Assembly (NCBI RefSeq): GCF_006345805.1
Contig: NW_021831878.1
Span: 1 to 63,176 of the forward strand
Reading direction: 5' to 3'
DNA from: Octopus sinensis
Taxonomy: Eukaryota
DNA: 63,176 nt
Shown: one piece after another, positions 50,705 to 63,176 of the stretch
How positions within the stretch are numbered: the first letter of the stretch is position 1
Layout: each line of letters begins with the position of its first letter
Translations under genes and position numbers: made by a program
The notes under the pieces: generated by a model
Told to the model about the DNA's origin: nothing
The model's database searches: none
Seen by the model: the letters and a program-made list of their open reading frames with translations, nothing else

Positions 50705-53653
50705 CTGACACACACACACACACACACACTGACACAAACACCAACACACACACACACATGCACACTCACACACACGCACACACACACACACTGACACACT
50801 GACACACTCGGACACACACACACCAACACACACACCTACACTGAGACACACACACTGACACACACTGACACACACACACTGATATACATACACACGCACA
50901 CACTGACACACACACGCACAAACACACACACACTGACACACCACCAACACCACACACCTGACACACACTCACACACACCACTGATATAGACACACACCAC
51001 ACTGACACACACACCCACAAACACACACACACTAATATACACCCACACAGACATACACACACACACACACACACACCTGACACACACAAACACACATACA
51101 CACACACTGACTTACATACACACACTGACACACACACCACTCACACACACATACTGACACACACATACTCACACACACACACACACACTGAAACACACAC
51201 ACACAAAACTGACACACACAGACAGTGACATACCACACACATACTGACACACACACATTCACACACACACACACAAATATGCGGGAAAATGCGGGCCCGT
51301 ACGAGCGACCGCAGTTACCGTTGGGGCGCAAGGTTGAAGTCAACTCCTCTAGCGAAGTATTTATCAAACAGAAATACCGAAGGGAGGTAACTCACGACAG
51401 ACTCCAGCCTGGCGCTCTAATGGCGTCACTTACTCGTTGTTGTTGACTATGTTTAAGTTAAAGCTATGGCTTTAAGTTTGTCCAGATATTCTCCTCTTCG
51501 GTACTTTCTTTTGATAACGGCTGAATTGGAACCCGATAGGGAGCAGCACTGGACTGATATGCTGTTCCTGCCGCTTTCTGCACTGAATTTGCCTTTAGAG
51601 TTTGAAATATGCCATTAGCACATTTTAACGAACCCAAAAATTGCTTATACCTAATACTGAGCGCTAATACTGTTCACTGGAAACGCCATGTTGAATGTTT
51701 CCATATATTCATTTGTCAATTTGCATTTCGGGCTTTCATATTACTTAATTATTATTCTTTTTCTCTAGCTTTTTCACAATCGAGCATTCTTATGGCACGC
51801 AATTAATCGGACAAAAAACGTGCTGCCACCCACAGATCCCTCTTTCCACGGATACCTTCGTTTATCTGGCAGCCATTCTACAAACTCCCATATACAAGGA
51901 GCAATCATGCTGGGTATAGTGTGAAAGACTCAACATGTTGCACTGATTCCACCTAATGTATATTTTATAAGTGGTGTTCCTTTCCTTACTAAGTCGTTTA
52001 TGTGTGTTACAGTTATTGTATGCATGTATCTCGAAGCAAGTTCCTCTTCTGCGTGTTTGATAGTTTTATGTTACAGACGGAGATAATTTGTTGAACTTGA
52101 TGTTTTGTGGTGTTGCTGTAGATTCGGTTGATGCTGTTCCTGATGTCTACTCATATTTCTTGGTGGTTTCATATTTTATTTTGGCACATAAGTGTTCAGG
52201 GAACGATGAGAGGCTGCGTGTGTAATGTGAGGCGAGGCTGTGTGTGTGTGTGATTTTTGTAGAAAAGCGGGAATATGTGAATGTTGATTGAAAATAGTTA
52301 ATCGTGGGACGTGTACTTGTACCCTTGTCGAAAGTGTTTCGTGAAAGCTTCAATGTGTTAGTAACCTGATAAGTAGTTAGTTAGTCAACAGTTTGTGGTA
52401 TTTCTTCAGTGAAGATCAAATATGCTTTATTAGACAATATCCGCGATTGGATTGCAGAGGTTTCATCGCATCGATTGTAGTTACAATGATACGTATGGGA
52501 GTATTTTTTTTATTAAACCATTATGATTTAGTGATGTTAGTTATAAGCTTTTATCGTGTTTTTTGAAGATTGATCATGAAAGGGTGATATATTTGTACGG
52601 AGCTGTTTCATTTGGGGATTGTTTTCATTTTAAGACGGAATACAACACATTTAAACGAATCATTTTATTTCAACTTTTAAATTTGATAAACTGAACCTCA
52701 TAAAAATGTATTCCTAGAATCATTCCCTGAGGATTACATCGTTCTGTTAAGCTATTTGTCACATTCTATGACGTCTCTGTTGTTTCGTTTTGAATATTTT
52801 CTGAAAACTTGTAGCAGCAATTTATTTAACGACATATATTACTTAGATAAAATACTGCGAAACATAATTACAAGAAAGGTATATGTTGCTTTATTATATT
52901 ATATTTTATGATTCGCCGACATAAATTTTCATATAGAAACGAATGTAAATTTCTATTCAATATTTACTGCACACAACACAGGTTAATTCTCGACAATTGA
53001 CATACGGTGGACATGGCAATGAACCACAAGAAGCCTGAACAAAATGCAGCAGAGCTCCATTTTCATTTCTGTAACCTGCTGGATCAGCTTCTGGAGCATA
53101 GTCCACACACACATATTCAAGTCTGCCCTTATGTACAGAACTCGCGGTCATCAAATATCCCGAATACTCACTGTCCAACCAGCGTAACACTTTGTCCTGG
53201 CGGGTAACATCATAACAACAGCAGGTTTTCGTTGTCAAACAGACAGCACACGGAACGTTTGTGCTCATGAATGATTCAGCGTTAGCAAAAGAAAAGAGTT
53301 TATTTGTTGGAAAAAGTTATTTCATATTCACTGCCATAAATGTGACCACCTTCTTCAACTTTTGTCGTATAATTGGCCCAAATGGGATCGTTGGGTAGAC
53401 ATAAGAGATTACTTCCGCCACCTGTGTGTTCGTACCATTGTCCCCACCACACCACTTGAATTAGTAAGAATAAATCAATTAAAAAAGATATTAAGCAAAA
53501 TTATATACGAATAACGGAAACATTCATTACAAATTTTCACTTAAAAGAAGTCATGCTTAGTCACGTGTGAACGAATTGGTGGTGTATATATGTTAGTGTT
53601 TATATGAGTGTAAACTGTGTGTTGCTGAATCGTAACTGTACATATACCTTCTC

Positions 53654-53752
<99 letters not shown>

Positions 53753-55789
53753 ATATATATATAAATATATATATATATGTATGTATATGTATGTATATAT
53801 ATCGTAGTAAGCAACGAGGATATCCAGAGATAATGCGGCACGATTGTTCATGCAACTCCATTTAATATATATATATATTTTGTGTATACGGGTAAGTTTT
53901 TGTGGTTACGACGTGGATTATTATGTATGTTTGCATGGGGTAGGTGTTTTTCGGTGGATGTCAATAGAGTAGAAATAGAAAGATATTTCATAACGCATGC
54001 ACTCGTGTTTATCCGAAATGGAAAAGATGTTCACGTGTGAACGGGGATATTTTGGGTGGTGGAAAATGTAGGAGGTTTGAGTAGGACAATACGGGAGACG
54101 ACGAGATGCAGAGAAGTGGTGGGTAACCGTCGATGAAATGTTGTTTAGTCGATCATACGAGAGTCAGTGGCTAAACCTCTCGTGTAGACTTGGACGAATC
54201 AGGCTTACATAGACGTTATGATCACACAGACTTTTTTTCATGCAATACACAGAAACGAGGTGGGAGGAAAAATTGTGAGGTTCAATGATGGCGTAGTGCT
54301 TAAGATGAATGGACGGCGGAGTGGGCGACCGATAAAGGATACGTGTAGGGTTTATAGAGAGCAGATTCAGAGCATTTTTGGGGATTGTGAGCTTGATTGG
54401 GGAAGCCGTTGGAAGCATCAGCTTTGAATTGGAAGTTTCGGAATTACCTTACAAAGATATCCTGGATAATTAATGAGGTGATGTTGTGCGTGAAAAGAGC
54501 AAGGTTTTAGCGATAGGACGATTTCAGTGAGGCGGAGAAGAATAGAAGTGCATTCTGTACTCTGTTGTGTTCTCTCACTAATATTTAGTCTCTCTATATT
54601 TTTCTTAATGAATAAAGTCCTCAGCTTTTTCCATCAGATACAGTGTGTGGCTTGTCCAGTCCTCATTCTACATTGTGCGTTCATTACATTAACCATTTAC
54701 AGTCACTGTCATCAATTCTAATAGACTCTATTCAATTTAGCCCACACCTACGATCATTGGGCACTCTAGTTAATGATAGACAAGTGGCCACTATTCAGCT
54801 CTAGTCACTCACGTACAATACCACCATCCGTAGCCTGTACAATTGATCACCAGTTAGCATCCTTTTCACTTGGTCCGTAGTAGACAACATATAATATTCT
54901 GATTTGACCAAATACCACAAGGGTAAGCAGTCTTGTGTAGTGTCTGTATAGTCTACAGGTATATACGTTTGAAACGTGACATATCATAAAAGGATTTGAG
55001 AATGTTTATGTCAGACAACCCGACAAAGGGTGAGTGTGTGTGCGTGTGCGTGAGAGAGAAAGAGAGTTAAAAAAAAGAGAAAATGAGAGGTTATAAAAGA
55101 GAGCAAGAGAATGACAAAAAGAGAATGAGAGTCAGAAATATAAAGTATACTAACCGTCATATACAAGATTTGAATAAGGAGGACAAGTTTTTTCTGCCCC
55201 ACCGGGTATACAATGATCCGAGACCGGGTTCTGTGATATTAAAATGAAATAATGTAGTTTAAAAGAAAGAATAGGGGGATCATATACAAAGTAGGTTGTT
55301 GGATGGGAAGGAATTGATGGAGGAGAGAGAAATATAGAATTTAAGAAAGAACGAGTGAATGAATGAAAGTCAGAACGAAAGATGTAAATAATAAGAATAA
55401 ATTGTAAAGAAAGAAAAAAGACATTTGTCTGTTGAGCCTGTTGTTGACGTTGATGTCAAAGATTTGAGAGATTAATCTCAGAATATCAGGATGTGTATCG
55501 GTCTCCTCTATGAACGGATGTATGTATGATACGTAAACTTAGGTATGGTATATATACTTCTCAAGAATAATGATAAACTCATAGAATGATAAAATATTCG
55601 CCAGGTGCGAATATTCATCGGTCAATTACAAAATATCAGTTTGGAGCTGGCGCAAATGTGGCCATCATAACTACAATATGAAAATAACAACCATACCCCA
55701 TCATTTATCGATTTAGTTAAAAGACATCGCATCCGATTTCGAGTAGAGGAGTCCGTTCGATGAATGTATAGCATACCCCACCCAAAACC

Positions 55790-58700
55790 GGTGCAAACAG
55801 CAAGAAGCCTGCAACTTAATTTGGGGTGCGTGGGGTAGGAGCACAACATTGACGGTCTCAGGAAATCAAAGCAGATAAAGAGGGGAACAACCTTTAATAA
55901 TTGAGAATTAAAACGTCAAAATTGTTAGATATAATCTGCTGTAAGATATAATCGGTGTCTCCTCTACAAAATTTCGTTTCTCCGATAGCGTACACTTGGA
56001 TATAGGCTTGAAACCCCACTACGGTACTATGGTGCCAAAACGTCTGCACAGGTGGGATTAGGACACTCTCAATCCCCAGCTTTCGGATTGTATTATGGAG
56101 TGAAACCTACTAGGTGTGAGGGTTCACCTCTTGAAGCTAAGGCTGAATATGAAGGACCACTGTGGCTGCTGTAAGTATATGCAGCAAACAGCGGGGTCAA
56201 ATACAAATCCTTCCTAAGCAAATTCACCTCAGCTTTAGATATATTTGGGGTAAAGTCATTTGTCCTGCAAGGAGACTTCAGTGCACACCTTGGCGCTGAT
56301 AACTGTGAGAAGGATTGATTGGAAGGAATGTCGTCAGTGAACTTAATGGAGAGGTCATAGCAGGCTTCTGTGCCGGATACACACTCTCCTCTCTATGGTA
56401 TAGATATTATTTTAAGACAGGGATATTTATAAGGGTGCCTGGTATAGAAATACTTGGTGACAGAGGTTTTTGATAGAGTTCGGTCATCTTTCGCTCTTTG
56501 CTGAACGTTCGGGTAAAAGGAGGGGTGGAGTTGTCAACTCGTCACTACCTAAATGTCTAAAAACCTGAAAATTGCTATAGTCTGTCGAACACTGGAAATT
56601 GGTAAGTCCAGTGCGACCTACAGAATACAGTTGGAAGCCGCAGTGGATGCTGGAATCAGAATCAAAATTGTGGAGACTTTTGCATCCAAATTGTGAGTGA
56701 CCATCCTGAATGAAGTTGGACATCGAAATGGATTCGTGATTGTATTATTTTTTTCAGCAGGTTCTTCTTCGGTTGAACGCTTATTTGAGCTAAATTCACT
56801 TAAAAGTGATAAAGCTGCTGGTGAAAAGCACGGTCGGCTTGATATTTTAGAAACCTTAAATACAGATGGTATTCTTTGAGTGACCCATGTATGCTAGGTG
56901 GATGGGACCTCTGGAAAAAACACCAAGGCAATGGAAATATGGAGTGACAATCACAATTTTTTCAAACAGAGACCAAAGAGTTTATTCTTATTATAGAAAA
57001 GTCTACACTAGATGTCAGGAAAAGATATGTAGGGAAATTGTTGTGCCCAAGATTACTGTCCGGGACGCGGTACACCCGACCAGAGAGTCATTCAAAGAAA
57101 GATCTTCCAGCAAATATTGAAATATTTCCAAGGTTTATACGCTGTAAACCACGAAAAGGCACACGATCACGTGCCCTGGGGCATGTTGTGGATGGTTTAC
57201 CAGGAAGGAAAGTTTAATGGGTAAATACTGGTTGCCATAAAGTACTTACGAGGGGCGTTCAGTAAGTAATGCCCCTGACCCACTTCCCATAGTAGTAGAG
57301 CAACAAAACTCGGCACAGGTATTAGTCTTTTTCTACATAGGAACCACTCAGAGTTACGCATTTCCCCCATTGTTTGATGCAGCTCTGGATCCCGTTTTCG
57401 TAGAAGACCCCAGCTTGGTCCTCCAACCACGACGAGACTTCAGAAATCAAGGCTGCATCATCTGGTAAACGCTTTCCTTTCAAAAACCACTTCATGGGTG
57501 GGAAGAGGGGAAATTCAGAGGGTGCAAGATCAGGAGAGTAGGGGGATGGGGGAGAAGTTCATAGCCGCACGAGTGTGCTTTTGATCAGGCGACACGCGAG
57601 TTGTGGACCGGAGCGTTGTCCTGCAAGAGGAGGATGCATTTGCTGATCTTGCCCCGCTTCTTGATTTTGATAGCTTCTCTTAATTTCCTCAAAAGTGAAG
57701 CATAATAGGCTCCTGTAATTGTGGTACACTTTGCCAGAAAATCTGTCATCACTACCCCGTCCTGGTCCCAGAAGACTGTGAGCGTGACCTTGCCAGCGGA
57801 GGGCTGCACCCTTGCCTTCTTTGGAGGAGGTGAGTCACGGCGCTTCCACTGCATTGACTGGGCTTTGGTCTCTGGATCAGAGTGATGGACCCAGTTTTCA
57901 TCCTGCGTAATCAGTCTTTTGAAATATTTTGACTCATCTTCTTGGCACATCTCCAAATTTATCCTCGAGCATTCAACGCGTTCTTGCTTCTGGAAAGGTG
58001 TGAGCAACCTGGGAATTCATCTGGCAGACACCTTTTGCATATGTAAATGGTCATGAATGATAGTTTCCACAGACCCGGTACTAATCTTGACTTCATGGGC
58101 TATTTGGCGAATAGTTATGCGTCGATCTTCCAAAATGGCAGCCTCAACTTGACGGACAGATGCCTCATCAATGGCAGAAGGGGGCGATCAGATCTGGGAG
58201 CTGTTTCCACAGAGTTCCGACCAGTTTCAATTCACGATGCCAGCGTTTTACAAGGTCATATGATGGGGCATCATCACCATAAGTTACTTTCATTTCATCA
58301 AAAGTTTCCCGTGGTGTGCGTCCTTTCAAATACAAAAACCAGATCACTGCTCGACACTCAACAGCCTCCATTTCACACCTGACACAGTTCAAACACCTGT
58401 AAATCAGAAACCATAATTAGTTCAGAGCTGTAATTTCCCACTTATTCTTTAGAGATATAAATAATTGCACATGCAAAATTTCACATGCAAACAACTGCAA
58501 TTGGGTCAGGGGCATTACTTATTGAACGCCCCTCGTATATGGATGTTCAAATGATTGTATTTATGTAAAAGTCGAAAGTTTTTAACGTGAAGGTTTCACT
58601 TAGTTGAAGTGTGCATTGTTAGTGCCCCTTCTCACAGTCTTTTTCTGTGATCTGGTTGAATATGCGCAGCCATTGTGGTAGAGGTATCCCAATTCATCTC

Positions 58701-58990
58701 TACGTGATCGGTCGACTGTTATTTGTAGACGACATGCTGCTACCTGATTCGTCTGATGGTCACCAACATCGAGCAATGAATTGGTTGGCTGCCGAGTACC
58801 CCAAGGCAGGATTGACGAATACGCACTGTGTAGGAAAGTGGAACATCATTATTTCTGGTCTCTATTCACGAATGATTGGAAGCACAAGAGTGGACAGAAT
58901 GCTGAATTGTAGATATAAACGCAGTCAAGCGGCAGCTCGGGCATTTGATTCTCAGATGAAGAGGGCTTGGAATAATTCTCGACGTAGTTT
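55790..58990 (+). mobile_element. Decayed RTE LINE, unit 5 copy, interrupted by the mariner
   Basis: Homologous to 13960-15870; the sequence resumes exactly after the TA at 58536-58537. Confidence 0.8.
57249..58535 (-). mobile_element. Full-length (1287 bp) defective mariner transposon, irritans/Bytmar-like
   Basis: 34-bp TIRs (cgaggggcgttca(g/a)taagtaatgcccctgaccca, 1 mismatch), TA TSD, empty site in four other units. Transposase 57322-58371 has ITQDENW, QDNAPVH and HPPYSPDLAPS motifs, in-frame stops and a frameshift. Confidence 0.95.
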
Positions 58991-59384
58991 TGCATATATA
59001 CTCATATACACTCAATAAACGGCATAATATATTAGAGTAACAATTTATTTAGGAAATTATTGTAAAGTAGAACATATTTTGAAATAAATTCAGGCAAATG
59101 TCTTAGTATATATTATTGTGGAACAAATGGATAGTATTGTGGAACTAATTCAAAGTTGGTGAAATTATAAATCATTGGTTAATGAGTCACGGGTAAAAGA
59201 CTTTAGCTATAAAATTAGTTCTTACTTAGTGTGTCATCAGGTTTATCGTCAAGAGATTTCTTGGAGATGAAACGGTTCTGGGAAAAAATAGAAATAGCAT
59301 CATATATATAGAACTTCAGGGTATTTATTATCGTTAGATCTTAAAACAATGCAATTGATGACAACATATTTGGACAGGTATTAT

Positions 59385-59975
59385 TGCCAACACTACCATC
59401 TCAACCCCTTAGGAATGTTCTAGAAGGCGCTTCCATCCAGTCAAAGGATTTTCTGAACAATATCAGACAATACAACTCTGCATTTCAAATGACATCGTTT
59501 GGTGAATCTAAGAAGATAGATAAACATGAATTTACGCCGACGTGAAAGTTCAAGGGCAAGTCTATCCCCTCATTGGTTCCCTGGTACCCGCGAATGAACA
59601 ACCGTAGTTCCTCCAAATTGACTCTATGAGTGATGTAGGACAACAAACCCGACGTGAGGTGTCAAAATTTCCGATGATGGGCCGTGTTAGACACAGCGCA
59701 CACTGCTGCAAAGGAGAGTATATCCACTGACAGCTTTTCGGTGCATTCAAAAATCACAGAAACCCCACCTTCAATTTTGCATGACATGTTAGGGCCTGAA
59801 GCACTCCAAACGGACGCATAGCATGTTGCTTAGTCGAATTAGCCCAGCATTTACTCTACAAATGTTTCGTTGTCAATGTTGCACTTTCCCATATCACTTG
59901 TTTCAAAATGACTCGAATATATTATATACCAACTTTGCCATTTTAATCCCCAGCAATGCCGGGTATGTCTGGTAG
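59385..59975 (+). mobile_element. Helitron remnant, unit 5 copy
   Basis: Homologous to 3410-3998; terminal CTAG mutated to GTAG. Confidence 0.65.
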
Positions 59976-59976
59976 T

Positions 59977-60013
<37 letters not shown>

Positions 60014-60416
60014 TATTTCTACACATATATATATATATATACACGCACATGTATGTTAAATTTAATCCAAACAAAAAAGCACAAAAAACACAACAATGCG
60101 AGGACGTGGAACAAATATAGTATTATTGGACGCTCAGGAAAAAGGAAAGAAGGAGGGTTTAACGTTTCGAGTGGAGCTCTTCGTCGGAAACATACGAGAA
60201 GGAAAGATCCAGAGGAGGGAAGACAGAGGAAAAAAAATCGCCAACGGTACACACGTCCACACATTTTGAATGACCGGATTGATATGGGTGAAGAAAAGTT
60301 CTTTCAAAGACAGGAGAGTAGTAGAGGAGGAAGAATGTCTGTGTAAGTGTGGATAAGAGCGTGCGCGGAGGTCTGCGTGTGCGTATATGTGTATGTGTGT
60401 ATGAGTGCACTGATGA

Positions 60417-60478
<62 letters not shown>

Positions 60479-62529
60479 CGTATGTGGTTGTGGCTGTTAA
60501 TCTTTGCGTGTTGTAGGGTTAGTAGTGTTAAGGTCAAGGAAGAAGGAATTGGGCGTGGCTCCCTTTGTCTCTACCACAGGTCAAATAGTAGGTACTGCTA
60601 GTTTGAAGTATGTTTGTGTGTGCGTGTATGTATATGTATCGTGTGTGTGTTTTGTTTGTAGTGTGTGTGTGTGTATGTATGTGCGTGAGTGTCGTATGTG
60701 CGTGTATTTGTGTGTGCGTGTACGTGTGCGTTTGTATGTTTGTAAGCGTATATAGGTGTATATACGTGTATTCGTGGGGTTGTGAGTTTTAGGTGTGTGC
60801 ATTCGTGTGCGTGTGTGCGTGCGTATGTGTGCGCATGTTTTATTTACTAATGTTGTTAATTAATTTTATTTGTTATTATTGGGAAGCTGTTTTAATATTC
60901 AGTGTGGGAAGTATTTCGTTCAACCAACAAATACACAGACACATTCACACACACACACTGACACACACTGACACACACACACACACACACACAAGCACAC
61001 ACTGACACAAACACCAACACACACACACACACACACACTGACACACAGACACACACACGCACACACACTAACACACACACACACACACTGACATACACAC
61101 ACACCAACACACACACGCACACACACCAACACACACTAACACACACACTGACAAACACACACAGATACATTGTCTTACACACACACACATACTCACGCAC
61201 AAACATACACATTGACACACACACACTGACGCACACACATATACGCTGATACACACGCGCACACACACTGACACACACACATACACTGGCACACACACAC
61301 ACACACACACACACTGACACACACACTCCCACACACACACTCCCACACACACACATACACTGACACACACACACACATACTCACACTCACACACTGTTTT
61401 AATATTCAGTGTGGGAAGTATTTCGTTCAACCCACACAGTAATCGCAAGACTTAATCTAATGAAGTCCGCTGTTCGGATTGGATTCTTCACAACAAGCGT
61501 TAATCTGATTAGAAACGTTTTATCGGAATATCAAAATCAAAACCTACCAATTCCCACCCACTCATACATACATATATGCATACATACATGCACACATACA
61601 TACAGGCATACATACATACATACATACATACATGCACACATACATAGAGGCATACATACAAACATACACACATACATACACACATACTTACATACACACA
61701 TATATACATGCATACAAACATACATACACACACATACATACATACATACATACATACACACGTACATACATATGTACATACATACATGTATGCATATATT
61801 TATACATACATGTACGTATGTATACATGTATACATAAATGTATTTTTGAATATAAGCAAGTATATATCGATAGACACGTATACACATATATACATATTCA
61901 TACATACATAATTACATCCATACATACATGCATACATATTACATTCATCATCCATCCATTCATACATACATACTTGGTGGCTGCCCCCTCGTTATCGAGT
62001 ATGGGCATTGCACGACGCTTAATCAATGTTGTTATCTTGCAATGCCTGTGCATGAAGATTTTTTTTTATACTGAGTAAAGGCTGTGCACTGTGTCAATCC
62101 CAGTCACTAAGCAACAGCAGCCATAATCCGAATCGAAGAACAAGTCAACGTCATCGTTAACCACTGAGCCGCAGGTTTTATATCGGAGTTATCCCGGTTA
62201 CCTAAGTTACCTTCTCCTAGAAGGATGCCCTAACATAATCTAGGAGTCCTTCACTCCCAATGGTTTAACCGCGCGATCGGGTATTCAGTCCGATTATTTC
62301 TATGTCCCCGCGCATGATACAGCCATAAGACATATATTGGATGGCCGTTGACTCTCAAGAGTTCCTCCGCTCTTTGACGGGTTTTGTCTTTCATCCCGCA
62401 GGGTGTCCAACAAACACCCTCCTCACCAAGCAAGCTTGGTGTGGTTGCCGGTTTAGTCGCCGACGACCCGACAATGCAACAGGTTGTACTGGGTTACATG
62501 TTACCAGTAGCACTCGAAAGTGACCTGAC

Positions 62530-63176
62530 ATAAATACATGCATACTTACATACATATATACATACATGTATACACACATACATACTTACATACATACATA
62601 TATACATACATACGCCCTATACATACATATATACATACATACATACACACATACTTAAATATATACATATATACATACATACATACCCTCATACATACAT
62701 ATATACATACACACACACATATATACATACATACACACATACATACACACATACATACATACAAACATACATACATACATACATACATACATACTTTCAT
62801 ACTTACATATATAAATGCATGCATATATGTATACATACATGTATGTATGTATACATGTATACATGCATGTATGTATGAATGTAAGCATGTATTTATCGAT
62901 AGACACATATACACATACATACATACATACATACATACATACACACATACTTACATCTATCCATACATACATACATGCATACATACATACATGCATACAT
63001 ACATACATGGATACATACATTCATACATACATACATACATACATGCATACATACATGTAAGCATACATACATGCATACATACATACATGCATGCATACAT
63101 ACATACATACATGCATACATACATACATACATACATGCATACATACATACATACATGCATGCATACATACATACAT
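62530..63176. repeat. Degenerate (CATA)n array running off the window end
   Basis: Visible directly; homologous to 23085-23622, indicating a second B-type spacer. Confidence 0.9.

Larger units (their letters stand above)
52957..59277 (-). pseudogene. Gene copy 5: pseudogene lacking exon 1, with several indels and a mariner in intron 2
   Basis: Exon 4 ~52957-53454 (several indels), exon 3 55155-55230 (+1), exon 2 59226-59277 (intact); exon 1 removed by the deletion joined at 60840. Confidence 0.85.

Overview
AT-rich, microsatellite-laden animal genomic DNA. The SINE, TE and (TA)/(CA)/(GATA)/(CATA) microsatellite profile strongly suggests an octopus; this comes from recognising the repeats, not from a database search. 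The window is a head-to-tail tandem array of five ~12-17 kb units. Each carries a copy of one minus-strand gene with four coding exons, which the ORF track misses because the exons are short. Exon 1 is 144 nt (MDFAQLSRNISQRYSISSLIAFGVLLVLTIVILHQDSRIGKMEEKSKT, a type II signal anchor). Exon 2 is 52 nt (NRFISKKSLDDKPDDTP). Exon 3 is 75 nt (PGLGSLYTRWGRTTCPPYSNLVYDG). Exon 4 is ~500 nt and encodes the Cys-rich remainder of a spongin short-chain collagen / 'short-chain collagen C4-like' NC1 domain. The splice phases (0, 1, 1) join into a ~256-aa protein with no Gly-X-Y collagen segment. Exons 1-3 are nearly invariant, while exon 4 differs mainly in three short hypervariable segments. Copy 5 has lost exon 1 through a ~3.65-kb deletion and carries a mariner insertion. 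The other copies show 1-2 nt indels that may be assembly errors. Introns contain decayed RTE LINE, Helitron, SINE, Tc1/mariner and Penelope-like (PLE) sequences. Several minimal type I hammerhead ribozyme motifs are present, including a near-perfect inverted pair at 11307-11661. Nearly all long ORFs in the supplied track are microsatellite or decayed-TE artefacts.
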